Part shown: positions 55,851 through 64,000 of the stretch, piece by piece
How the letters are laid out: every line of letters begins with the position of its first letter
How positions within the stretch are numbered: position 1 is the first letter of the stretch
Virus record (IMG/VR): IMGVR_UViG_2821091796_000001
Span: 1-64,000 of that record
From: a virus
Lineage: Duplodnaviria > Heunggongvirae > Uroviricota > Caudoviricetes
Direction: 5' to 3' (one strand)
Length of the DNA stretch: 64,000 nucleotides
Made by a program: the position numbers and the translations under genes
Notes under the pieces: generated by a model
Database searches by the model: none
The model's input: only the letters and a program-made list of their open reading frames with translations
What the model was told of the DNA's origin: nothing

Positions 55851-56078
55851 GTGGATCGGCTCGCCGCAGAAGACGACTTGAGAATGATCAACCTGCTCGG
55901 CTCTGTTACCTCCGCCGAGTCTTACGGAAAAGCGGTAGATCAACTTCACAAGTCGATGGGTGAAATCTGGGTGATGGCCCCTAAAGCCCAAGTATTTGAT
56001 GCTGATGCGCCAGATGCGGAGTTCGACAGAACAGCATTCAAGGCGCTGAAGGCGAAAGTCCACAAAGCAAAAAGGTAA
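55851..56078 (+). CDS. gpT-like ORF in -1 frame relative to gpG-like gene (possible frameshift product)
   Basis: -1 frame stays open from ~55716, overlapping the 3' end of the G-like gene. Confidence 0.35.
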   Translation: MDRLAAEDDLRMINLLGSVTSAESYGKAVDQLHKSMGEIWVMAPKAQVFDADAPDAEFDRTAFKALKAKVHKAKR

Positions 56079-56095
56079 ATCAATAATGATTTACT
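56075..56095. promoter_or_regulatory. palindromic motif copy before tape measure gene
   Basis: gtaaatcaataatgatttact. Confidence 0.55.
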
Positions 56096-56109
56096 AGTTG
56101 AAGGAAGTC

Positions 56110-59100
56110 ATGACTGCGATCCGTGTTGAACTAGAACTTGCCGACGGTAATTTTACGACTCGCATGCTTCATGCCGGTCAATCGGTTGCTCAGTTTAATC
56201 GCGAGATCGCAGCATCTTCGCCACGTCTTCAGGCCGTCGCTAATGCAGGCGGTCAGGTGATTCGTTCCTATTCGCTTGCCGATATGAAGGCCAAGGGCTT
56301 TCTATCGACCATGCGTGACCTGTCGATTGTGCTCGGCGTCGTCGGTCTCGGTATGTCCAAGCTCGCCAATATTCAGTCGTCGTGGGTGGGCGACATCGTT
56401 CGCGTCAACATGGAGTTTCAGAAGCTCGCCTTCCAGATGAAGTCCATGAGCACAGCGCTCGATCCGATCCGGGAGGCAGCAGACAACGTAAAGTATCTAC
56501 GCGAGATGGCGATGAATGCGCCGTTCTCCATTCAGACCCTCAACAATGCCTTCGTCAAGTTGAAGGCAACCGGAATGAAGGATGTCAACGAGACGCTTCA
56601 GGCTCTCGTAGACGGCGTAGCGGCATTCGGCGGCACTGACGAAGCACTTCAGCGCATTACGCTTGGTATCAGCCAGATGGCTGGTAAGGGCGTCATCCAG
56701 ATGGAAGAGTTGCGTCAGCAGCTTGGTGAGTCCATGCCAACGGCCGTTCAGCAGATGGCGCAGGCCATGGGCATTTCCATGTCCGAGCTGATTAAGGAGA
56801 TCGGCACAGGCACCGTCGCCGCCAAGCCGGCGATTGCTGCACTTGTTGCTGAAATTGAACGTGGTTACGGCGGCCGCGCTCTATCAATGATGCAGACTTT
56901 CGAAGGTCAGTTGAAGAAGACCTATACGGCTCTTCAGACGCTTTCACTCGAGGCCGGTGGCCTGCAGAACGGATCATACACCGAAGGCGGTTTCATGAGC
57001 GAGCTGCGCAAGCAGCTACAGGATGTAAACCGGATCCTTTCTTCCGAAATCGGCACCAATCTTGCTCGTAGTCTCGGCTCCGGCCTGACTACCGCAGTTC
57101 AGTATATCCGCAAAGCCATTGATGCGCTCATCGCCTTCCGCGAGGAGGGTTTCCGCACGGCCATGATTGTTGGCAAGATCTTTGTTGCGTCGAAGATGAT
57201 CAGTGGCGTCTCCGCTATGATCGGCGGGATTGGTAGGCTGCGTCAGGCACTTGCATTGACCGGCACCGATTTCACGCGCTCCAAGCGCTCGCTCGACGTT
57301 CTGATGAATTCGTTCTCAAGCAGCGTCACCGGCATGACACGCGCTCGTCTGAGCTTTGCAACTGCTGGCAGCTTCCTGCGCGGCATTGCTGGTGCAGCTG
57401 CCGCCCTTCCTCCTGTTCTTTCCCTTATCGGCATCGGCGTTGTAGCTGTCGCTGAGTATTTCGACCTGTTCTCGAACAAGGGCAAGGATGCGATGAACAC
57501 GCTGAAGGAATTCGGCGCTGCGTCCAAAGACACGCTCGACATCGCATCGGACTACATCAAGAAGCAGGAAGAAGATTTCGCCAAGCTAACGCAGATGCGT
57601 GAAGCTTCGGCTCGCAACAGCGCCAATATGGCGCTTCCGGGTCTGGTCGCACGTTATCGCGGGATCTCTACCGAACAGGCTCGCAAAGAGCTTGAAGACG
57701 AGGCGCGCCAGGAATTCGACGTAGAGAACGACTACGCTGCAAAGTCGCTTGAGATCCAGGAGAACAAGCGTCTTCTTGCCAAACGCTCGAAGGAGCTGGA
57801 AAGCCGCGAACGCGCCGAAGCCCTCGATGAATACCGCAATCAGGTCAATGAGGAGCTGCAGCTTGAGCAGGCGGCCTATCTTCGCCGGCGTCAGCAAATC
57901 CAGGACGAGTTCGACGCTGAAGAAAAAGCGCTTGGACCTGGCAAGTCAGCAAGTGCCATTCGCGAGCGTCGCGGCAAGGCTCTGATCGAGCAGGCGGTCG
58001 AACTCTACAATACGCGCGAGCGCCTTATGAAGGAGATGCTGGCGAAGGAAGAAAAGGCGCTTGACGACTCTTCGAATGTAACGGCTCGCAAGGGCATTGA
58101 GGAGCGTATCACCTATATTCTCGATCAGATCAACCAGGTTAAGGAAGCGCGCCAGTCCGCGTCCGAACAGGAGATCGGTGCGCTTAAGTTCGAGGCTCCC
58201 CTCAATGACGAAAAGCTGTTTTCGAAAGGCGAGATTGCGCTCGAGCGTGTTCAGGCTGAGGTTAAGGGTCTGGTTGGTGAACTCTCCGGTGCGAATGCCG
58301 AAGTCGAGGAGCTGAAGGCCAAACTTGCAGCTAACCAGCCTTATGGCGACATGGGCCGCGCAGAAGTTCAGAAACTCGTAGACAAGCTGGTCGAAGCGAC
58401 CGCCGCCAAGGAGCTGTTGGACAAGCTGCTGAAGGGCAAGCGCGATCTAGCCGACGATATTGATAAGGCACGTCTCGATGCCCTCGAAGAGCAGGCAAAG
58501 CTCGAAGAGGAGCTTTCCGGCAAGACGCTCTCAACAGCCGAGAAGATCGAGCTCAAGATCAAGAACGGCGCTTACAAGGGCTTCGGTCCCGCGAAGCTGA
58601 CGCTCGACCAGTATAAGCTCATCGTTTCTGCACTCGACTTGCAGGGCAACGCTTTGACGCAGGTTGGCGATGTTGCACGCAACAATGCCTTCGGCTCTGC
58701 AACCCAGACTGCCATCCAGACAACGAACGACAAGCTTCGTGAAATGTCCGGCATCGTAACAGGGATCGGCAATGGTCTTACCGGCCTGTCATTCAATGGT
58801 CTCAACCAGTTTGCCGGGGGCGGACTTGCTCTGCCAGGCGGTAACTCCAAGAGCGCGCAGGAAGCGGCCGCGAAGGGCTTCCTGGACCTGATTGGTTATG
58901 CTGAGGGCACCGATAAGGGTCGCGGCTACAACGAGACACTCGGTTTCGGCAAGTTTACGGGCGGCGATCAGAACCTGGTGGGGATGACGCTTGATCAGAT
59001 TGACCAATTGCAATCTGCAATGCTCAAGCATCCCGACAACAATTTCAATTCTTCGGCGCTTGGCCGCTATCAGATTGTCCAGCAAACCTTGCGCGGACTG

Positions 59101-60834
59101 CGCGATGAAATGGGTTTGGGCGGTAACCAGCTCTTCTCGGCCGATCTTCAGGACTCGCTTGCGACCCGTCTGGCCTCACGTCGCGGCAATAGTGTCGCTG
59201 GTCTGCGCAATGAGTGGGAAGGTCTGCGCCGTATTGATCCGGGCCTTATTTCCAACGCCTATACAGGCGGCATCAATGCGAAAATGTCCGGGCCACGCGT
59301 TGGCAAAGCTCCGACGGTTAGTCCCGCTGCCGCACCTGCAATCCCAACCTACGCTCCCGACAAGAATGCGGTTGCCCTGCAACAGCAGATGAATGACCTG
59401 GAGGTCACTTACAAGCAGCAGATCTCCGACATCGTTAAGATCGAGCAGGAGAACGAAGGCAACAAGAAGCGCAACGATGCGGTCAAGCTTACCAAGTCTC
59501 TCAATGATGAGATTGAGGAACAGAAGAACGCAATCGATCAGGCCGACGTTGCCAACAAGCGCTACCTTGCAACCCGCCGCGCGCTCGAAAAGCGTGGCGT
59601 GGATCTCAATTCCGCTGAAGCAAAGGCCGCGCTTGCCGCAGCACGCGAGCTCGACCAGCTCACAGAGCGCTCCAAGAAGGTTTCCCAGGCGAACAACGCT
59701 GAAGAGAAGTTTAAGGAACGCCAGCTCGAGCTTAACAAGCAGCTTGAAGAAGCGCAGGCACGCATTGGTGATCCGAACAGTTTGAAGTCGTCCTCCGGCT
59801 ATCGAGCTCTACGACAAGAGCTCGAGGCGTATGTTCGCGACGTTGAAGCCGCCTACGGCAAGGAAAGCACCGCTTACTCCAACGCACAGGCCTACAAGAC
59901 CCAGATGCTTCGTCAGTTTTCAACTGTCGAGGGTATGGAAAAGGCTGCGACCTGGCGTAAGGATACGATCGAGCTGAACCGCTCGCTCGGCACTGAAATG
60001 CAGCAGCGCCGCGCAGCCCTCGATCAGCAAATTGCCGAGATCGATGCCGCGGTAGCCCAGTTCCAGGGCTCGGAAGAACAGAAGGTTGAATTCGTCCGAA
60101 TCGCCGAGGCCAAGAAGGCTGCTATCCGCGCGCAATACAACCAAGAAATGAATCCGATGCAGAAGCAGATGGCCGAATGGGGCGATATGCAGGGCAATCT
60201 GATCAAGCAATCTACGCAGTGGATGGACAATATCGCAGGCGGCATCACCGATCTCATCATGGGAACGGGAGATCTGAAGTCCGTCATCAGCAGCATCCTG
60301 AAAGACATGGTGAACATGGGCGTCAAATACATGATGTCGGGCATGTTCGGTAACAAAGGCCAGTCAGCAGGCGGCGGCGGGAAGAAAGCCGGCATGGCTG
60401 CGGGCGGCGGGGCGAAGAAAGGTGCGCCATTGATGGGTGTGGGTCTCTATCATGCCGGCGGAATGATCGGCCACACTAAGATGCACACTGCCGTAAATCC
60501 TCGTGCTTTCGTTGGCGCACAGAAGTTCCACGCCGGCGGGATCATTGGCGGCCCGAAGCTTCAGCGCGATGAAGTGCCTATTGTTACGCGCAAGGGCGAG
60601 GGGGTCTTCACCAAGGAGCAGATGGCAGCGATGGGCGCCGTCGGTGGAGCTCAGATGTATGCACCGCAGTTCAACATGCCGGTTACAGTCAATGCCAGTG
60701 GTGGATCCGCCGATCAGAACCGCGATTTGGCTCAGCAAACTAGTCGCGAACTAAAATCGATGGTGAAGTCGGTCATGGCCGAAGAGTTTCAAAACCAACG
60801 CCGCCCAGGCGGAATGATGAGTAAGACGAAATGA
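56110..60834 (+). CDS. tail tape measure protein with embedded lambda-R-like lytic transglycosylase domain
   Basis: 1570+ aa coiled-coil-rich; internal GYAEGTDKGRGYNETLGFG ... SSALGRYQI matches lambda R motif WSEGTDNGR ... TGAGRYQLL (nt ~58880-59240); Gly-rich C-terminus. Confidence 0.8.
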   Translation: MTAIRVELELADGNFTTRMLHAGQSVAQFNREIAASSPRLQAVANAGGQVIRSYSLADMKAKGFLSTMRDLSIVLGVVGLGMSKLANIQSSWVGDIVRVNMEFQKLAFQMKSMSTALDPIREAADNVKYLREMAMNAPFSIQTLNNAFVKLKATGMKDVNETLQALVDGVAAFGGTDEALQRITLGISQMAGKGVIQMEELRQQLGESMPTAVQQMAQAMGISMSELIKEIGTGTVAAKPAIAALVAEIERGYGGRALSMMQTFEGQLKKTYTALQTLSLEAGGLQNGSYTEGGFMSELRKQLQDVNRILSSEIGTNLARSLGSGLTTAVQYIRKAIDALIAFREEGFRTAMIVGKIFVASKMISGVSAMIGGIGRLRQALALTGTDFTRSKRSLDVLMNSFSSSVTGMTRARLSFATAGSFLRGIAGAAAALPPVLSLIGIGVVAVAEYFDLFSNKGKDAMNTLKEFGAASKDTLDIASDYIKKQEEDFAKLTQMREASARNSANMALPGLVARYRGISTEQARKELEDEARQEFDVENDYAAKSLEIQENKRLLAKRSKELESRERAEALDEYRNQVNEELQLEQAAYLRRRQQIQDEFDAEEKALGPGKSASAIRERRGKALIEQAVELYNTRERLMKEMLAKEEKALDDSSNVTARKGIEERITYILDQINQVKEARQSASEQEIGALKFEAPLNDEKLFSKGEIALERVQAEVKGLVGELSGANAEVEELKAKLAANQPYGDMGRAEVQKLVDKLVEATAAKELLDKLLKGKRDLADDIDKARLDALEEQAKLEEELSGKTLSTAEKIELKIKNGAYKGFGPAKLTLDQYKLIVSALDLQGNALTQVGDVARNNAFGSATQTAIQTTNDKLREMSGIVTGIGNGLTGLSFNGLNQFAGGGLALPGGNSKSAQEAAAKGFLDLIGYAEGTDKGRGYNETLGFGKFTGGDQNLVGMTLDQIDQLQSAMLKHPDNNFNSSALGRYQIVQQTLRGLRDEMGLGGNQLFSADLQDSLATRLASRRGNSVAGLRNEWEGLRRIDPGLISNAYTGGINAKMSGPRVGKAPTVSPAAAPAIPTYAPDKNAVALQQQMNDLEVTYKQQISDIVKIEQENEGNKKRNDAVKLTKSLNDEIEEQKNAIDQADVANKRYLATRRALEKRGVDLNSAEAKAALAAARELDQLTERSKKVSQANNAEEKFKERQLELNKQLEEAQARIGDPNSLKSSSGYRALRQELEAYVRDVEAAYGKESTAYSNAQAYKTQMLRQFSTVEGMEKAATWRKDTIELNRSLGTEMQQRRAALDQQIAEIDAAVAQFQGSEEQKVEFVRIAEAKKAAIRAQYNQEMNPMQKQMAEWGDMQGNLIKQSTQWMDNIAGGITDLIMGTGDLKSVISSILKDMVNMGVKYMMSGMFGNKGQSAGGGGKKAGMAAGGGAKKGAPLMGVGLYHAGGMIGHTKMHTAVNPRAFVGAQKFHAGGIIGGPKLQRDEVPIVTRKGEGVFTKEQMAAMGAVGGAQMYAPQFNMPVTVNASGGSADQNRDLAQQTSRELKSMVKSVMAEEFQNQRRPGGMMSKTK

Positions 60835-61184
60835 CCCTTCCAATCTTTGAACCAAGTGTGCCGCCTTCTAGCGGCACACGTCACAAGCCCGAGATCAAGC
60901 TTCTCGAAGCCGAGTTCGGCGACGGCTATACGCAATCGGCGCGGCGCGGAATCAATCACCTGCGCCGCACTCTTGCTCTATCTTGGGATAAACTTCTTCC
61001 ATGGCAGGAAGCTGAGATCATGGGCTTTCTCACAGAGCGAGGCGGCGATCGCCTGTTTTACTTCACACCAACCGGTGAGCGAAAAGCTTTGAAGTGGACA
61101 TGCCAGGAATTCGATAGTGCGCATAACAACGACGGCTTTCAGGTGTCAGCGACATTCAAGCAGAGCTTTAATCTGGAGAACTAA
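60831..61184 (+). CDS. minor tail protein M (lambda gpM-like)
   Basis: FGDGYTQSARRGIN ... FYFTPTGERKALKWTCQEF parallels lambda gpM FGDGYSQRA...WTPP...KVTCAKW. Confidence 0.75.
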   Translation: MTLPIFEPSVPPSSGTRHKPEIKLLEAEFGDGYTQSARRGINHLRRTLALSWDKLLPWQEAEIMGFLTERGGDRLFYFTPTGERKALKWTCQEFDSAHNNDGFQVSATFKQSFNLEN

Positions 61185-61224
61185 TTCGCTTTTTCGTCTT
61201 TTCGTTCCATACGGAGTCTGTTAA

Positions 61225-61246
61225 AGTAAATCATCATTGATTTACT
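61225..61246. promoter_or_regulatory. palindromic motif copy before gpL-like gene
   Basis: agtaaatcatcattgatttact. Confidence 0.55.
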
Positions 61247-61256
61247 TTAGGGCAAT

Positions 61257-61970
61257 ATGACCTCGTTAGCGACCACAGTTCAAACGTCTGCGCCTGGCGA
61301 ATATGTCGAGCTCTTTCGGCTCGACACATCTTCGATCGGCGGACAGGTGCTTTATTTCTGCCAATCGGCCTTTGAAACCAAAGGGCCGACATTCGGCGGC
61401 GTTTACTACACCCCTGTCGATGTTGAGTTCGAAGGCATGGAAACGAATGTCGGCGGATCTTTGCCGCGTCCGAAAGTGCGCGTCGCCAATATGAATGGCG
61501 TCTTTCAATCCATCATCAATCAGTATGGCGATCTTCTTGGCTGTCAGATCCAACGCGTTCGCACTTTCGCCCAGTATCTTGACGACGGAGCCGAAGCCGA
61601 TCCGACACAATATCGCGGACCCGATACATTCAAGATCGAGCGTAAGCTCTCCGAAAATCCCGTCTATGTAGAGTGGGAATTGTCGGCCAATATCGACCAA
61701 GAGGGCAAGCAGCTTCCGGGCCGTCAGTGTATTCGCGACACATGCCTTTGGCGCTACCGCCAATTTAATCCGGCGACCGGTAATTTCGACTACTCGAAAG
61801 CTCAGTGTCTTTACACCGGCAGTAACTATTTCGACCGCAATGGCAACCCCGTCGCCACGCGCGACAAGGACCAGTGCGGTCGCAAGCTTTCTGATTGCGA
61901 ACTGCGATTTGGCAAGGGCAATCCGCTCTATACGAGCGCCTTCCCAGGCGTCGGGCGGGTGCGCGCATGA
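61257..61970 (+). CDS. minor tail protein L (lambda gpL-like)
   Basis: 237 aa, conserved order after M, Cys cluster near C-terminus. Confidence 0.7.
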   Translation: MTSLATTVQTSAPGEYVELFRLDTSSIGGQVLYFCQSAFETKGPTFGGVYYTPVDVEFEGMETNVGGSLPRPKVRVANMNGVFQSIINQYGDLLGCQIQRVRTFAQYLDDGAEADPTQYRGPDTFKIERKLSENPVYVEWELSANIDQEGKQLPGRQCIRDTCLWRYRQFNPATGNFDYSKAQCLYTGSNYFDRNGNPVATRDKDQCGRKLSDCELRFGKGNPLYTSAFPGVGRVRA

Positions 61971-62752
61971 ACGCCTTCTTTGAAGCCTTTGAAGCCGCGA
62001 AAGCACATTCTCGAGCCGAATACCCCAAAGAGAGCTGTGGCGTTATCGCTGATGGCGTCTATGTGCCGTTCGAAAACGTCGCACTCCCTGAATTCGAGCA
62101 CGTCGCGGAAGGTAAATGCGGATGCCAGCTATGTTCCTTCGTCATCGATGGTGAGGACTATGCAGCGCGCACAGCGGGCAAGACGGTCAACTACATCGTC
62201 CATTCACATCCCGATGGTCCGCGTTATCCGTCCAAGGGTGACATGGAACAGCAAATTGCCACACAAGTTCCTTGGGCAATTATCACAACTGACGGCGAAC
62301 GCGTATCGGATCCCACGATCTGGGGTGAAGGTCAAATCGCACCGATGATCGGTCGCGAATTCATGCACGGCGTTCACGATTGCTATTCAATTATTCGAGA
62401 CACATTCCGGCTCGGCAAGGACAAACTCGCAGAACAGGACATCGAATGGCCGTTTGATCCAATCGAGCTGCCGGAAGTTCCGCGCGACGACGCCTGGTGG
62501 GAGCTTGAAGGCGAAGATCTCTACACGCAGCTATTTTCCAAGTTCGGTTTCGAGGTCATCAACATGGCGGATGCACGTCCAGGTGATGTGTTTCTGTGCG
62601 CTGTCGGCGATAGCGGCAAGCTCAATCACGGCGGTGTGCTCCTCGGTAACGACTGTCTTCTCCATCACCTGCCCAAGCGCCAGTCACGCAGAGATCCGTC
62701 CGGTCTCTGGGGTCGCTCGGCCGATCTGTGGATCCGTTACAAACATGCGTAA
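61967..62752 (+). CDS. tail assembly protein K (MPN/JAB + NlpC/P60-like)
   Basis: JAMM motif ...NYIVHSHPDGPRYPSKGD..., ATGA overlap with L. Confidence 0.7.
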   Translation: MNAFFEAFEAAKAHSRAEYPKESCGVIADGVYVPFENVALPEFEHVAEGKCGCQLCSFVIDGEDYAARTAGKTVNYIVHSHPDGPRYPSKGDMEQQIATQVPWAIITTDGERVSDPTIWGEGQIAPMIGREFMHGVHDCYSIIRDTFRLGKDKLAEQDIEWPFDPIELPEVPRDDAWWELEGEDLYTQLFSKFGFEVINMADARPGDVFLCAVGDSGKLNHGGVLLGNDCLLHHLPKRQSRRDPSGLWGRSADLWIRYKHA

Positions 62753-63335
62753 AATCTACCTTCATGGATATCTCGCCGAATTCGGCAAAGTGCACGAAAT
62801 GGAAGTGCAAACGGCTGCCGAAGCTGTGCGTGCTCTCGGGGTCTGTATTCCTGGCTTCTTTGAGCGTCTCAGAGAAGGCTCCTACAACATTGTCGTCGGA
62901 AAGAAGCGCTCAAGCGGTCGTTCTCTCTCAGAAGACGACCTCGGCGAAATCACGCTCGGACGCCAAGATCTGCACATCATGCCGGCAATTGCTGGTCGCA
63001 AACGCGGCGGTTTGCTGAAGGCCATTCTGGGCGTTGTGCTCGTTGGTGCTGCCATCTTCGGCGGTCTTGCTGCTGGCGGCCTTGGCGCTTCTTTTCTGGG
63101 AACGTCCTTCACCTACGGCAATGTCGCCATGTTCGGCGCAGCGCTCGCTCTTGCCGGCGTTTCTCAGCTCCTGGCTCCTTCCGACAAGAAGGATGACAAG
63201 GACGATTCTTCTTTCACCACATCCGGTCCCGGCAACACCTACGAGCAGGGCGGGGCCATTCCCCTTGTTTACGGCGAAGTGGTTACAGGCGGGATCATGG
63301 TCTCCGCCGGCGTTGATATCGAGAAGCTCAAATGA
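62745..63335 (+). CDS. tail assembly protein I (lambda gpI-like)
   Basis: MRKIYLHGYLAEFG ... hydrophobic Gly-rich C-terminal half. Confidence 0.65.
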   Translation: MRKIYLHGYLAEFGKVHEMEVQTAAEAVRALGVCIPGFFERLREGSYNIVVGKKRSSGRSLSEDDLGEITLGRQDLHIMPAIAGRKRGGLLKAILGVVLVGAAIFGGLAAGGLGASFLGTSFTYGNVAMFGAALALAGVSQLLAPSDKKDDKDDSSFTTSGPGNTYEQGGAIPLVYGEVVTGGIMVSAGVDIEKLK

Positions 63336-64000
63336 ATGCACATGTGAACGTCCGGAACATTTTCGGCAGCAAGAGCGGCGGTGGCGGCGGCGGAAAGAAG
63401 GGCGGCGGTTCTTCTGACGCCAAGAACACCCTGCAGTCGAAAGCACGCGCACGTCTTGTCGAAGTCTATTCGGAAGGTCCGTGCGAAGGTCTCGTCGACG
63501 GTCTGAAATCGATCTATTTCGATCAGACAGCCGTGACCGCGCCAAACGGCGAACAGAACATGAAGGGAATCACTTTCGAGGAGCGCAAAGGCACTCCCGA
63601 TCAGACCCACGTGACCGGATCTCCCTATGTCGAGACACCCGAACAGGTAGAAGCCCAGGTCACGTTCAACAACGGTCCCATCGTCCGAACCATTGTCGAA
63701 GAAAACGCCGATGCCGTGCGCGTGATCGTGCGCATCCCTTCGTTGTTCCGGCAGACAGACGAGGGCATGAAGACCAACAGTGTATCGTATGCAGTCGATG
63801 TTCGACCGTTTGATGGCGCCTGGACTGAAAAGGTCGTCAACAAGATCGAGAAAGAGAAGACGATCTCGGCCTATCAGATCGCTCACCGGATCGATCTGCC
63901 AATCAACGGCTCTCCATGGGATATCCGTGTTCGTCGCATCACTCCCGACAGTGATGATGAAAAGATCCAGAATGAAACCTGGTTTGACAGCTACGTTGTT
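63332..64000 (+). CDS. host specificity / central tail fibre protein J (N-terminal part, truncated by window end)
   Basis: MNAHVNVRNIFGSKSGGGGGGKKGGGSS...EGPCEGL..IYFD.T lambda J-like N-terminus; open to end of window. Confidence 0.7.
   Translation, partial: MNAHVNVRNIFGSKSGGGGGGKKGGGSSDAKNTLQSKARARLVEVYSEGPCEGLVDGLKSIYFDQTAVTAPNGEQNMKGITFEERKGTPDQTHVTGSPYVETPEQVEAQVTFNNGPIVRTIVEENADAVRVIVRIPSLFRQTDEGMKTNSVSYAVDVRPFDGAWTEKVVNKIEKEKTISAYQIAHRIDLPINGSPWDIRVRRITPDSDDEKIQNETWFDSYVV

Noticed and set aside
2924-61246. Reading the palindromic motif as a known box (Fur GATAATGATAATCATTATC, Zur, ArgR TGAAT-N4-ATTCA, TyrR TGTAAA-N6-TTTACA, IHF WATCAANNNNTTR, CtrA TTAA-N7-TTAA)
   Set aside because: Each shares only AT-rich flavour. 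The half-site sequence or spacing does not fit any of them when written out.
1-64000. Integrase/attP that would explain the tRNA 3'-half-like elements as attachment-site remnants
   Set aside because: I recognise no tyrosine or serine recombinase motif (R..HxxR..Y or the Ser-recombinase catalytic domain) in any frame of the window. The tRNA-like pieces sit inside the early region, not at a genome end.

Overview
This window reads as one contiguous stretch of a tailed-phage (or prophage / phage-plasmid) genome. Genes are almost all on the + strand and tightly packed, with many ATGA/overlapping stop-start junctions, and I found no integrase or host housekeeping genes. The layout is as follows. 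(i) 0.1-17.6 kb: early/accessory genes. These include an HD phosphohydrolase, an HNH endonuclease, a DnaQ-like exonuclease, an RtcB RNA ligase, an SPFH protein and an ArfA-like ORF. The block ends in a tRNA cluster (tRNA-Met CAT, tRNA-Cys GCA, plus unresolved tRNA-like elements). (ii) 17.6-21.4 kb: an AT-richer moron-like island with a FadL-family outer-membrane protein and a DnaA domain-IV-only protein. (iii) 21.4-45 kb: an accessory/counter-defence region. It carries an SRAP/YedK-like protein, a small alarmone hydrolase, NadV plus bifunctional NadM-Nudix (the NARP2-type NAD+ reconstitution pair), a ParA/ParG-like partition pair, an SF2 helicase, two ParB-like nuclease-domain proteins, an ABC-type ATPase and a DUF2829 (Tad2-like) protein. 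There is also an approx. 1 kb ORF-free repeat region. (iv) 45-64 kb: a lambda-like structural module. The order is TerS, TerL, portal, scaffold, major capsid, glutaredoxin, head-tail proteins, major tail, G/T chaperones, tape measure, M, L, K, I, and J (truncated at the window end). Two repeated intergenic sequence families stand out. The first is a 20-24 bp palindrome (consensus roughly AGTMAATCAAT|ATTGATTKACT) present at least 22 times just upstream of start codons. The second is tandem ACGAAA hexamers with an 8 bp period in 5' leaders, mainly in the accessory region. Coordinates of motif instances are approximate to +/-2 nt. Functional calls rest on sequence motifs I recognise by eye; no database search was run.
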